64,000 nt of DNA, from NCBI GenBank assembly GCA_963695555.1, contig CAVOGR010000007.1, forward strand, positions 288,001 to 352,000. The letters are read 5' to 3'. The translations under genes and the position numbers were made by a program. This stretch comes from an uncultured Gemmatimonadales bacterium (lineage in GTDB: Bacteria; Gemmatimonadota; Gemmatimonadetes; Gemmatimonadales; GWC2-71-9). Below the pieces are notes generated by a model, which saw only the letters and a program-made list of their open reading frames with translations, searched no databases and was not told the origin of the DNA. This document shows positions 1-9,707 of this stretch, piece after piece (within the stretch, counting starts at the first letter, position 1; each line of letters opens with the position of its first letter).

Positions 1-130
1 TGGCCCAAGCCCGCACGTCCGCCACGTCCACCGTGCCGGCGATGTTGGTGCCGCAATGGCAAACGTAGACGCCGACCCGCTCACCACCGTTCGGGTGGGG
101 TTCCGGGTGGATCGATTGCTCGGTCGTCAT
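1..130 (-). CDS. hdrA: Heterodisulfide reductase subunit A-like, N-terminal part (runs off the window edge)
   Basis: Own translation MTTEQSIHPEPHPNGGERVGVYVCHCGTNIAGTVDVADVRAWA contains the HdrA N-terminal GVYVCHCGxNIAG motif; its ATG overlaps the hdrB stop (ATGA). Confidence 0.85.
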   Translation of the reverse strand, partial: MTTEQSIHPEPHPNGGERVGVYVCHCGTNIAGTVDVADVRAWA

Positions 131-1116
131 GGCTCGACCTCCTCGTCCCCCGGCATGACCGGCATGGGGAGTCCTTCCTTCTTCTTGCGGCGCTTGGGCT
201 TGGTGTCGGCGTCGACGGGCGGTGGTTCCACCCCGACCCGGCCCAGGGCATCCCGGGCACTCACCATCTCCCGCCCGAAGCCCAGCGCCTTGGCCTCGAA
301 CCCGAGGGCCAGGCCGACGAGCTGGGTGAAGAACACGATCGGAATCTGGTACCGGGTTCCGAAGTGTTTGTTGGTCGCCTGTTGGTACGCGTCGAGGTTG
401 AGCTGGCACATCGGGCACACGGTGGCGATCACGTCCGCCTTGAACTGATCGGCGGCGTGGAGCAGCCGTCGGATGAGCTCGTACGCCGTCTCGGGGCCGA
501 TCTGGGTCATGTGCCCGCCGCAACAATGCGTCTTGAGCGGGAAGTCGATGACCTCCGCGCCGAGGGCCGTGAGCAACGCGTCCAGCTCCGTGGGATACTC
601 GTGGTCCGACATCCGGTCGTCGTAGTCCGGTCGGGCCAGCATGCACCCGATGTACGGAGCGACCCGGAGCCCCCGGAGCGGCCTGGTGATCTTGGCTTTC
701 ACCGCGTCGAGACCGACATCGTGCACGATCACGTCGAGGAGGTGGCGAACGGCAAGAGACCCGGGCTCGTAACTCAGACCCCCGGCGCCGAGCGCCTCGT
801 TCACCTTCGCGTCCATGGCCGGGTCGGTCCGGAGCACGTGATCGGCCTTGGCCAGATTGAGGTAGCAGGCGCTGCAGGGCGCCACGACCGTCCGCGAGCC
901 GTTTGCCTGCGCGGCGGCCAGGGCCAGGTTCCGGCCAATCAGTGCGTACGCCGGGGTCCGGGAGATGCTCAGGTATTCGGTGGCGCCGCAACAGTTCCAA
1001 TCGTCGATTTCCTTGAACTCCAGGCCGAGGGCGTTCGTGATGGCGGAGAGCGATTCGGCATAGGCACTGGCGCTCGCCTCCATCGAACAGCCGGGATAGA
1101 GGAGGTACGCCGTCAT
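127..1116 (-). CDS. hdrB: Heterodisulfide reductase subunit B-like (two CCG domains)
   Basis: YPGCS...WNCCG...APCSACY and YIGC...HCCGG...VCPMCQ cysteine-rich motifs; lies between hdrC and hdrA. Confidence 0.9.
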   Translation of the reverse strand: MTAYLLYPGCSMEASASAYAESLSAITNALGLEFKEIDDWNCCGATEYLSISRTPAYALIGRNLALAAAQANGSRTVVAPCSACYLNLAKADHVLRTDPAMDAKVNEALGAGGLSYEPGSLAVRHLLDVIVHDVGLDAVKAKITRPLRGLRVAPYIGCMLARPDYDDRMSDHEYPTELDALLTALGAEVIDFPLKTHCCGGHMTQIGPETAYELIRRLLHAADQFKADVIATVCPMCQLNLDAYQQATNKHFGTRYQIPIVFFTQLVGLALGFEAKALGFGREMVSARDALGRVGVEPPPVDADTKPKRRKKKEGLPMPVMPGDEEVEP

Positions 1117-1700
1117 GGTGTCGCCTCCAATTCCTTGGCGCGGTCGAGGATCCGCGTCAGCTGCGCGACCCCGGCAATGCGTTTCGGCTTCATCTTCAGC
1201 CGCTTCTTGGTGAGCATGCCGAGCCCCATCGTAGCCATGCCCGGCATTCTGAGCGGGAAGTGCTTGAGGTAGTGCCGCGTCGCGAGTCCGAATTCATGAC
1301 TGCGGCCGTAGCTCTCGACCATGTCGACGAACGTCTGTGAGAAGTCGGGCGCCGTCGAGTCCTGGAACTGCTCCGCCTGGATGGCCATGCGCTTCAAGGC
1401 GTACATGATGTCGGTGATGTGAATGTCTTGCGGGCAGCGCACGACGCACATGTAACAGGACACGCAGATCCACGGCGTGTTGCTCTGCAAGACCCGGTCG
1501 CGCATCCCCGCGCGGATCATGGCGAACAGCGCTCGCGGACTGTGGTCCATGTCCGCGGCCGAAGGGCAGGAGCCGCCGCAGGTGCCGCATTGGATGCACA
1601 TCTCCAGGTTGGACTCGCCGGGAGCGGCTCGGCTCACCTCCGTCAGAAATCCGAGGTGCTGCGTCCCGGCCTCGGGCGCGGGTACGATCTGAATGGTCAC
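1113..1700 (-). CDS. hdrC: Heterodisulfide reductase subunit C-like (2x[4Fe-4S])
   Basis: CIQCGTCGGSCP and CVSCYMCVVRCP motifs; GTG start at 1700 chosen because a GGAGG RBS precedes it; stop overlaps the hdrB start. Confidence 0.88.
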   Translation of the reverse strand: MTIQIVPAPEAGTQHLGFLTEVSRAAPGESNLEMCIQCGTCGGSCPSAADMDHSPRALFAMIRAGMRDRVLQSNTPWICVSCYMCVVRCPQDIHITDIMYALKRMAIQAEQFQDSTAPDFSQTFVDMVESYGRSHEFGLATRHYLKHFPLRMPGMATMGLGMLTKKRLKMKPKRIAGVAQLTRILDRAKELEATP

Positions 1701-2026
1701 CGGATGCCCTCCAAGGCGAGCCTCGCGCAGGGACCAGGGTGGGGTCCCGGCACGCGGCACCGCGGCTCAAGGTGTCGGCGGATGGGCGGTTTGGCGCGAG
1801 GGACTCGAGGCCCCTCGACCCCCGGATTCGCCAACGGTCGCCGAAAGCGACAGTTGCGGGACGGACGACGGCCGAGGACGGGTCCGGGTAGGACCCGGCG
1901 ACCGGCGAAGCCCCGTGGGGCGACTGCCCCCCGGGAACCTGCTGAAAGGGCCATACGGCCCGGTCGGAATCACCTGCACTCCCCCACTGGCGGGGGCCTG
2001 ATACGGGGTGTGCGGGCAACCTAATC

Positions 2027-2056
2027 CCCCGATTGTGAAATCATTCACAATCGGGG
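2027..2056. promoter_or_regulatory. Rex-type operator palindrome
   Basis: CCCCGATTGTGAA-ATCA-TTCACAATCGGGG is a perfect 13-bp inverted repeat whose core matches the Rex consensus TTGTGAA-N4-TTCACAA; lies between the divergent hdr and DGC genes. Confidence 0.75.
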
Positions 2057-2294
2057 CGTAAAGTTTCCCAAGCGAGAAATCGGACCATGAAAGTAGGAAT
2101 TCGGCGAGCGCTGGCGAGGCGAAATGCGACAGTTCGATTGGTCGAGCGGCCGCTCGAATCCCGGGCACCGGATCCGATACCCAGGACTTCCCACACGAGG
2201 GCGAAATCAGGGGTCTCCGGCCCCGATGTTGCTGAATGTCGCCATGATGCGGGGAGCCCAGGCTCCCTCGACCGCAAACGGCGCCCCGCGGGGG

Positions 2295-4025
2295 ATGAGG
2301 AGACCAGTATTGAGCGCCTGGGAACAGAACATCGCCCGAGTCCTGCGTGGGGTCCGGCTGGTCAACATCCGGCAGAAGATCCTGGTCTTCGCCCTGTTTG
2401 CCACCTTGGTCCCATCGCTCGCGACCACGTGGGTCTCGTATCTCCAGAACAAGCGGTCACTCACCCAGAAGGTCCGCGAAGAGCTGCAACATGCCAGCGA
2501 GCGGGCGGCGCGCGAGATCGACCTGTGGCTCAAGGAACGGTTCCTCGACGTCCGGGTGTTCTCGAGCTCGTATGTGGTATCGGAAAGCCTGGAACGGCTT
2601 CGGGTAGTGCCGCGGGAGTCGCTGGACGGTCAACGCGCCCTCAGCTCCCTCAACGATTATCTCAATTCCGTCCAGCAACCCTTTCTGGACTATCAGAAGC
2701 TCGTCGTGCTGGATCCCTCGGGTGGCATCATCACCACCAGCGGGACGGGTGGCGCCCTGGACCTCCCGGAAGCGTTTGCCGCGGACGTGCTCACCAACTC
2801 CACCACCCAGAGCGAGGTCTACTGGGACCAAACTTTGGAAGCCCGGGTCATGTGGATCGCCGTGCCGATCAAGTCGGCGGACGACCGCACGCTCGGCACC
2901 TTGACCGCCAAGCTCACCTTCGAGGCCATCGATCAGGTCCTCAGTCGCTTTGCCCGGGGAGAGGCAAGCGAGGTCCTCGTCATTACCGAGCGTGGCAACC
3001 CCATCCTCAGTTCAAACGCGCATTCATCCGAACTCAGGGAGACCCGGCTGGCTGCGGGAACGATCCGGGCGCTGTTCGACACCGCCACCGTCACCGTGAC
3101 CTACACCGACCCGGCAGGCGAAAGAGTCGTGGGCGCGGGTACCGTGGTGCCGAGCCTCAAGTGGGTGGTGGCGGCCCAGATCCCGACGAACGTGGCCTTC
3201 GCCCAGGTGGCCAGGCTCCGGAATGTCGCCGCCCTGCTGCTCCTGGCCCTGCTGCTCGGGGTCGGCCTCTTGGCCTATACCCTCGGACTGATCATCGTGC
3301 GGCCGTTGAGTCGCCTGACCCAAGGCGCCTCCCGCGTCGCGGCGGGCGATCTGGACGTCGACGTGCCCGTGGTCGGCGGGGGCGAGGTGGCCTACTTGAC
3401 CGAGGTCTTTAACGACATGGTGGCGCGGCTCAAGCAGAGCCGCGAAGACCTGGCGGCCAGCAACACCACCCTGGCCCTCCAGAATGAGAAGCTGGAGCGG
3501 CTATCGATCACCGATGGCCTGACCATGTTGTACAACCGGCGTCACATCATGGAGATCCTCACTCAAGAGGCCCGGCGCAGCCTGCGGCAAGGGTATCCGC
3601 TGTCCGTCCTGATGATCGACGTGGACCACTTCAAGACGTTCAACGACACGTACGGCCACCTCGCCGGCGACGAAGCCCTGAAGCAAGTAGCATCGAAGCT
3701 GATCGCCTCGACGCGGGACATCGATTTCGTGGCGCGCTATGGCGGGGAGGAATTCCTGGTCGTGCTTCGTGACACGGAACTGGATGGCGCGGCCGACGTC
3801 GCCGAGCGCATCCGAAGTCGCATCGAGGCGGAACCGATCACAGTCGGCGACGCCATCGCCACGGTGACGGTCAGCATCGGTGCGGCCGCGCTACCCGAGA
3901 AATGCGACGACCCGGAGCGGGTCATCGAGAACGCCGACGCGGCGCTGTATCAAGCCAAGCGCGCGGGGCGGAACAAGATCGTGCAGGCAGGGCAACTCGG
4001 GCCGGAGTTACGCAAGGAAGCCTGA
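2295..4025 (+). CDS. Membrane-bound diguanylate cyclase (Cache-like sensor, HAMP, GGDEF)
   Basis: Two TM helices flank a periplasmic region, then HAMP, D-VDHFKTFNDTYGHLAGD, an RDID I-site and GGEEF. Start uncertain (ORF open from 2124). Confidence 0.9.
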   Translation: MRRPVLSAWEQNIARVLRGVRLVNIRQKILVFALFATLVPSLATTWVSYLQNKRSLTQKVREELQHASERAAREIDLWLKERFLDVRVFSSSYVVSESLERLRVVPRESLDGQRALSSLNDYLNSVQQPFLDYQKLVVLDPSGGIITTSGTGGALDLPEAFAADVLTNSTTQSEVYWDQTLEARVMWIAVPIKSADDRTLGTLTAKLTFEAIDQVLSRFARGEASEVLVITERGNPILSSNAHSSELRETRLAAGTIRALFDTATVTVTYTDPAGERVVGAGTVVPSLKWVVAAQIPTNVAFAQVARLRNVAALLLLALLLGVGLLAYTLGLIIVRPLSRLTQGASRVAAGDLDVDVPVVGGGEVAYLTEVFNDMVARLKQSREDLAASNTTLALQNEKLERLSITDGLTMLYNRRHIMEILTQEARRSLRQGYPLSVLMIDVDHFKTFNDTYGHLAGDEALKQVASKLIASTRDIDFVARYGGEEFLVVLRDTELDGAADVAERIRSRIEAEPITVGDAIATVTVSIGAAALPEKCDDPERVIENADAALYQAKRAGRNKIVQAGQLGPELRKEA

Positions 4026-4038
4026 ACCGCGATTTCGC

Positions 4039-4812
4039 CTAGGGAGAGGATTCCTGGCGGCTGGCCACTAAGGTGTGGAAGATCCACCCACGCCGCCCCC
4101 CGTCATCGCTCACCTTGATCCACTCACCGGCGTGCGAGTATCCCACCAGCCGGGCCCCTTCATCCAGCGTAAAGAGTACCTTCGATCCCAGATCGGGGCC
4201 TTCGCGCACGTTGCTGCGGCGCACTGCCTCGAGTGGCAGCGGCAGGGCGAAGCGGATTTCTCCGGCGGCAGCAAGCGCATCTTCAGCACCCGAGACGCCG
4301 TCGCCTTGGCGGGCGACAATGCGAGCCTGGCTCGCGAGATAGAGTGAGCCACTGTAGTTCTGCCGGTCGAACTCGAGCGTGCTCATGGCAAGGAAATTCT
4401 CGGTCTGAGAAACGGCAGCAGAACCTGGATTGCTGGCCTTGAGGCCCTGGAGGGCGATCTCCGCCTCGGCTCTCGCCGAGGCCGCCTCGGCGCGGCTGGC
4501 TGCACTCTGGGATTTGGCCATGGACCGCACCACTTCGCGGGTCGCCCGCTCGTACTTGTCGCGGAGATCCAGGATCTGGGCATCCTTCTCCAACAGCTGG
4601 AGTTGGAGCGCGGTGACCTGCTTCTCGGCCTCGGGATCCGTGACGGTCACGGTGTGGATCACGGTGTCCGGCGGTGCGGCCACCACGACGGGCTCCGGGG
4701 TGGTGGGCGGTGGGGCGCTCTTCGCGCATCCAGCAATGATAGATGCAACCATGGTCACGATCGCAATGCCAGGGATTCGTCTCGAGGCTGACCGAAGCTC
4801 GTGAAGTGCCAT
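4039..4812 (-). CDS. Lipoprotein with coiled coil and C-terminal bacterial SH3 domain
   Basis: Lipobox IIAGC; C-terminal NVREGP...WIKV...GWI SH3b pattern. Confidence 0.75.
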   Translation of the reverse strand: MALHELRSASRRIPGIAIVTMVASIIAGCAKSAPPPTTPEPVVVAAPPDTVIHTVTVTDPEAEKQVTALQLQLLEKDAQILDLRDKYERATREVVRSMAKSQSAASRAEAASARAEAEIALQGLKASNPGSAAVSQTENFLAMSTLEFDRQNYSGSLYLASQARIVARQGDGVSGAEDALAAAGEIRFALPLPLEAVRRSNVREGPDLGSKVLFTLDEGARLVGYSHAGEWIKVSDDGGRRGWIFHTLVASRQESSP

Positions 4813-5067
4813 GATCCTCTCTCTAGTGTAGCCACCCGGGATGACAGCCGTCGTCGGAATCGCCTGCAGTGGTGAAAATCAAGCAAGGGCACACGTCTGG
4901 TGCAAGATCAATGCTCACCAAGCCCGGGACGCTCCTTGCTTTCATCAATAGAGGGCTCGAGTAGGAAGGACCCGTCGCGCGGGGTGGAACCGCTCGGCCG
5001 GACTCTGCATACTGTAAGGATATTGCACCGGCAACCACCCTGCCCCCAACCCTCTAGAGGCACCTCG

Positions 5068-6066
5068 ATGTGGCGCAGACTCCTTCTCTCATTCGTTCTC
5101 GGCGTGGTCTTCGCACTGATGGGATCACCCGGCACGGCCCGGGCACAGTCGGGCACGTTGGTGGTCGTCAACAAGGCTGCGAGCACCGCATCGATCATCG
5201 ACGTAGCGTCGGGCCAAACCCGGGCCATCCTGCCGACCGGACGCGGCCCGCACGAAGTCGCCATCACGCGGGACGGCGGGACGGCGGTCGTCACCGACTA
5301 CGGCGATCGGGAGGGCAACAACACCCTCACGGTCATCGACGTGCCGGGGCTCCTGGTCGAGCGTACCATCGACCTGGGGGCGTACCGGCGCCCGCATGGT
5401 ATCGCCTTCTTGCCGGGTGACAGCCTCGTCGCCGTGACCTCGGAGACGGCACAGACCGTGGTCCTGGTGCGGGTGGCCGACGGGTCCATCGTGAAGACGC
5501 TCTCCACCGGCCAGGGCGGCTCGCACATGCTGGCGGTCACCGGCGACGGGCGCACGATCTTCACCGGCAACATCCGCGACGGGACCGTCTCCCAGTTGGA
5601 TGTCGCGAGCGGCAAGCGCACCCGCCTGTTCCAGACACCGCCCGAGCCCGAGGCGATTACCGTCACCGCAGACGGACGCGAGGTGTGGGTGGGGAGCAAC
5701 TCGGAAGGCACCGTCAGCGTGGTGGACGTCGCGACCGGGAGGGTGGATACGCCACTGGATGGCTTCCAGTGGCCCTATCGCATTCTGATCACGCCGGATG
5801 ACCGTCACGTATTGATTCCCGACCTCCGGGCTCATGAGCTCCGCATCGTCGATCGGGCCAGCCGAGCGGTGGTGGACGTGATGCAGCTTGACGGCGCGGG
5901 GCCGCAGGGCATCACGCTGAGCCATGACGGGAGGACCATCTACCATGCGATGAGTCTCGAGGACCGGATCGCCGTGATCGATCTCGCCACTCGGAAAGTG
6001 CTTCGCACGATCGACACTGGTCGGGGGCCCGATGGCGTGGCGTACACCGATCAAGTGATCTGGTAG
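5068..6066 (+). CDS. YncE/YVTN-type beta-propeller secreted protein
   Basis: Signal peptide; repeated P-x-x-I/V-A-x-T-x-D-G...V-S-V-I-D blades. Confidence 0.85.
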   Translation: MWRRLLLSFVLGVVFALMGSPGTARAQSGTLVVVNKAASTASIIDVASGQTRAILPTGRGPHEVAITRDGGTAVVTDYGDREGNNTLTVIDVPGLLVERTIDLGAYRRPHGIAFLPGDSLVAVTSETAQTVVLVRVADGSIVKTLSTGQGGSHMLAVTGDGRTIFTGNIRDGTVSQLDVASGKRTRLFQTPPEPEAITVTADGREVWVGSNSEGTVSVVDVATGRVDTPLDGFQWPYRILITPDDRHVLIPDLRAHELRIVDRASRAVVDVMQLDGAGPQGITLSHDGRTIYHAMSLEDRIAVIDLATRKVLRTIDTGRGPDGVAYTDQVIW

Positions 6067-6137
6067 TTTTCGCGGCTAGTGCCATCGGCCGGGCCGAGCT
6101 TGCGTCGCCCGATCAATTCCGACAAGGTTCCCTGCCT

Positions 6138-6521
6138 ATGGATCAGTCACCTGCCCGGACCGAGAGCCGCCGCATCCGCCGCGAGAAGAGGACCATTTCG
6201 ATCATGATCGGGATGTACTGCCGCGAGCACCACGACGCGGCCGGCGGCGGCCTCTGCGCCCAGTGCGATGCGCTCCACGCCTACGCCATGCAGCGCATCG
6301 ATAAGTGCCCCTACTGCCTGGCCAAGCCGACCTGCGCCAACTGCCCCATCCACTGCTACAAGCCCGATATGCGGGAGGACGTCCGGCGGGTCATGCGCTA
6401 CGCCGGGCCGCGGATGCTGAAGCGGCATCCGGTGTTGGCGGTGCTTCACATCCTCGACGGTTTCCGCAGAGTCGAGGCACCGACTCGCCCGCCGCGAGCC
6501 CGCCCAAGGGCCACCGCCTGA
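6138..6521 (+). CDS. YgbA family (nitrous oxide-stimulated promoter family) protein
   Basis: REKRTI..MI.MYC...LC..C..L..YA..R..KCP...KPTCANCPIHCYKP..R..VR.VMRYAGPRML.RHP pattern. Confidence 0.85.
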   Translation: MDQSPARTESRRIRREKRTISIMIGMYCREHHDAAGGGLCAQCDALHAYAMQRIDKCPYCLAKPTCANCPIHCYKPDMREDVRRVMRYAGPRMLKRHPVLAVLHILDGFRRVEAPTRPPRARPRATA

Positions 6522-6669
6522 ACGCCGGTTGGACCCGGGACCTTCCCTTCCCCCGGCCCGATCGGTAGCTTCTTCCCCCGCACACCCCCTATCGGGCTCG
6601 GCATCCGATGACGCGAGTCCACCGAATCCGGCAGATGGCCGATCTGCCTAACCCCCCAGGAGGATCTAC

Positions 6670-7128
6670 ATGCGTTTGAAAGTACCCTTCACCGGCGTCG
6701 CGCTCGCCGCCGCGCTGCTCGTTCTCCCAGCAGCCGTACACGCCCAAGCCGCCGCGGCCCCCCAGCCGCACTACGTCACGGTGACGACCTTCAGCGCCCC
6801 ATTTAATGCCGAGGGCCAGAAGGTGTGGTGGTGGATCGACTCCGTGATGGTTCCTAGCTCAAAGATGGACCCGAACGTGGTCCGCTACTCTGTGGGCGGC
6901 CACAACTACGGCAGCAGCGCGGGCGACATCGTCATGATCGCCGAGTACGCCAACTGGAACGCGATCAATGCGGACTGTGCGGCATGCACCGCGTGGTTCG
7001 AGAAGCGCCAGCCAGCCGAGGGCACGCCGGAGCGGACGGCCTGGAATGAGGCTCAGGCCGCGTTCTTCAAGCATTACCACGGCCACTCGGACGAGATCTA
7101 CGCCGTGCAACCCGGCCGCTCCAAGTAA
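6670..7128 (+). CDS. Secreted hypothetical protein
   Basis: AGGAGG RBS, signal peptide ending AVHA-Q, strong GC3 codon bias. Confidence 0.7.
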   Translation: MRLKVPFTGVALAAALLVLPAAVHAQAAAAPQPHYVTVTTFSAPFNAEGQKVWWWIDSVMVPSSKMDPNVVRYSVGGHNYGSSAGDIVMIAEYANWNAINADCAACTAWFEKRQPAEGTPERTAWNEAQAAFFKHYHGHSDEIYAVQPGRSK

Positions 7129-7167
7129 CGGGCTGCGTTAGCCCTTCAGACCGATACACCGCGAGTA

Positions 7168-7205
7168 GATCAGGGGGCGTTCCCAACACGGGACGCCCCC
7201 TGATC
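7168..7205. terminator. Hairpin between convergent genes
   Basis: GATCAGGGGGCGTTCC-loop-GGGACGCCCCCTGATC. Confidence 0.6.
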
Positions 7206-7246
7206 CATTCTCTCCATTATCCGGTCCGTGCCAGACTGCCCTCCTG

Positions 7247-8857
7247 CTAGCGGAATCGTTCCATCGTCTGCCGCGCCCCGTCCTCGCAGGCGGGCCAGGT
7301 GCGCTGCTCGCCGGTTCGGGGATTCACCCCGAGCACGCGCCGGTTTCGTGGAATCCGGCTGTCTTCCGCGGCCTGATAGACCAAGAGGGCCGTGATCGTC
7401 GCGTTGTTCTTCAGGTCGTCCCAGGCAATCTTGTCGATGGTGTCGCGGTTGGTATGCCAGGTGGCGGAGCCATAGTCGTAGTTGGTGGCCGACAGGTTGA
7501 AGGCCGGCGCACCGGAACAGATGAACGCCGCGTAGTCGCTGCCGCCTCCGCCGGGATTGCCGGGCATGCTGAGATCGATATTCCCTACCATCGATTGGGG
7601 TAGACGGGAGAGCCACCGGGCGAAGAACTCGCCGGCACCCGTCAAACCTTGCATGGCGATGGCCCTGACCCTGCCGGTGCCGTTGTCCTGGTTGAGCGCG
7701 AGTTGGAGCCCGTCGACCACCTCCGGATGATCGTGGGCGAACGCGCGGGACCCGTTCAGGCCCTGCTCCTCGCTGCTCCAGAGCCCCATGATGATGGTGC
7801 GCTTGGGATTGGGATACGCGGCCTGGAGAATCCGCATCGCTTCCATCATGACGACACTGCCGGTGCCGTTATCGGTGGTGCCGGACGCGCCGTCCCAGGA
7901 ATCGTAATGCGCCGAGAGCAGCACATACTCGTCGGGCAGGGCCGCGCCGGGGATGGTCCCGATGACATTGAAGACGGGCAGCTCACCCAGGTCCTCCGCA
8001 TCGGCACGGGCCCGGAGGCGGGGGCCCTGGTTGTTCTCGGTGAGCCGATACACCAGGCCGTAGTCCTCGCAGCTCAGGTCGAAGGCCGCCGCGCGGTGGC
8101 TCATCGCCCCCCCTCCCTGGAAGGCGTGGGCAAGCGAGAAGATCCGGTCGATGCCCCAGGCACCGGTCCAATAGTTGGTGAGGAGGCCAGTCGCGCCGGC
8201 TTCCTCGAGCGCGTTGACGATCGCTTGCCTGTCGAGCCCGATGGCCTCGATGCGGGCATTCCACGCATCCCGGGCCGCCCGCCGGGCCTGGTTGAAGACC
8301 GAGTCCGCTCCCGGAACACCGTGTTCCTTCCACGACGAGGCGGGCCGGCAGCTGGCCTCGGCGGGCGAGAGCAGCACGAACTTACCGCGCGCGGTTGGAA
8401 GCCACGCCCGGAACGCGTCGGCCCCATCCACCTGAGGTAGCATCACCACTCCACCCGTCTTTTCACCTTTGGTGGCCGGGCTCCACGCCAGCATCATGCC
8501 TTCGAGCGAGCGCACCCGCGGGGCGATGAGATCCACGTGCGACACGCCGCGGCGCCAGCCGCGCCAAGTGCCGTACTGTTCTTTTCTGGCCTCAATGCCC
8601 CAGCCCCGAAGCGTTGCCACCGCCCAATCGACCGCCGCCTGCTGCTCCGGCGTGCCCGTGAGCCGCGGCCCGATCGAATCGAACAGCGTCTGTGCCAGGT
8701 CGTAGAGCTCGGAGTGCTCCATGCCCTGGTTCCAGATGGCCTTGATGACTGGATCGTCAGTCGGAAAATCCTGCGCCATGACAGGCGGGCCGGCCGAGAT
8801 TCCCGAGACGACGAAGATTGCCAAACCCAACAGCAGGCGGACGAGCTTGGGATGCAT
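7247..8857 (-). CDS. Secreted M28 family metallopeptidase (carboxypeptidase Q-like)
   Basis: IGPRLTG, SAHYDSW, TDNGTG, SEEQGL, NQD and WHT..DT motifs; signal peptide. Confidence 0.9.
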   Translation of the reverse strand: MHPKLVRLLLGLAIFVVSGISAGPPVMAQDFPTDDPVIKAIWNQGMEHSELYDLAQTLFDSIGPRLTGTPEQQAAVDWAVATLRGWGIEARKEQYGTWRGWRRGVSHVDLIAPRVRSLEGMMLAWSPATKGEKTGGVVMLPQVDGADAFRAWLPTARGKFVLLSPAEASCRPASSWKEHGVPGADSVFNQARRAARDAWNARIEAIGLDRQAIVNALEEAGATGLLTNYWTGAWGIDRIFSLAHAFQGGGAMSHRAAAFDLSCEDYGLVYRLTENNQGPRLRARADAEDLGELPVFNVIGTIPGAALPDEYVLLSAHYDSWDGASGTTDNGTGSVVMMEAMRILQAAYPNPKRTIIMGLWSSEEQGLNGSRAFAHDHPEVVDGLQLALNQDNGTGRVRAIAMQGLTGAGEFFARWLSRLPQSMVGNIDLSMPGNPGGGGSDYAAFICSGAPAFNLSATNYDYGSATWHTNRDTIDKIAWDDLKNNATITALLVYQAAEDSRIPRNRRVLGVNPRTGEQRTWPACEDGARQTMERFR

Positions 8858-9038
8858 CGTATCCTCCTAAGCGCACCGTGTAGAAAACATCATCGACCAC
8901 CGGAAGGCGTGCCAACGCCCGGCTCAAGCGGAGAATAGGCCACGGCGGGCTGAACGTCCAGATGTTTTGGCCAATCACCTGGGTCAGCCCTTGCGGGCGG
9001 TCCCGGAGAACATGCATTCTACGGAGGAAAGGCAACCC

Positions 9039-9266
9039 ATGACCGACGATCGCGTAATCCGATTGCTCGAGGAAGTCCGCGACCTCCAGCGCGAGCACCT
9101 CGAACACTATAAGGAAGCGCTCCGGAACCAGACGGAATCGATCCGGATGCAGCGCGAGCTGAGCCATGTGGCGAGAAACCGGCTCCGGTTCGTCTCCGTG
9201 CTCATTGCGATCGTCCTGGTGATCCTCATCGTGTCAGCGTGGGGCGTGGTGCGGACACTCTTCTAA
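9039..9266 (+). CDS. Small coiled-coil protein with C-terminal TM helix
   Basis: RBS-like GGAGGAAAGG, coiled coil then hydrophobic helix; first gene of an apparent operon. Confidence 0.65.
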   Translation: MTDDRVIRLLEEVRDLQREHLEHYKEALRNQTESIRMQRELSHVARNRLRFVSVLIAIVLVILIVSAWGVVRTLF

Positions 9267-9279
9267 TGAAGGGCAGACG

Positions 9280-9696
9280 GTGACGAGACCCGGACCCAGT
9301 GACGATTCCAAGAAGTTGAACATCCAGCTCGATCCCGGAAGTGCGCTGCCGCTCTACCGACAGATTGTCGATCAAATCTGGATCGAGGTGGTTGACGGGA
9401 GCCTCGCGGCCGGGGAGCGGATGCCAACGCTCCGGCAATTGGCCATCGCTCTGGGCGTGCATCCCGATACTGTCGCCCGGGCGTATCACGAGCTTGCGCT
9501 CTTGGGTGTGCTGCACGAGCGCCGGGGCGAGGGTACTTTCGTGGGCCTCCAGCCGGCCAAGCGCTCGGAGTTGGAACGACGTCGCCAGCTCGAGGACATC
9601 TGCGTCACCGCAGTGGCCGACGCCAAGCTCTGCGGGTTCTCCGCGGATGACATGATCGAAATCATCAAAGAGCTGCGCGATCACCGCGGCAGCTGA
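9280..9696 (+). CDS. GntR family regulator (YtrA subfamily)
   Basis: PLYRQIVDQI...GERMPTLRQLA..LGVHPDTVARAYHEL...RRGEGTFV followed by a short C-terminal region. Confidence 0.9.
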   Translation: MTRPGPSDDSKKLNIQLDPGSALPLYRQIVDQIWIEVVDGSLAAGERMPTLRQLAIALGVHPDTVARAYHELALLGVLHERRGEGTFVGLQPAKRSELERRRQLEDICVTAVADAKLCGFSADDMIEIIKELRDHRGS

Positions 9697-9707
9697 AAGG
9701 GACGGCC

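Noticed and set aside
1840..1960. Cobalamin riboswitch (CCCGCAACTGT on the minus strand)
   Set aside because: The GGGAA/GGTG-AA-TCC elements and B12 box are absent or out of order; only one short motif matches.
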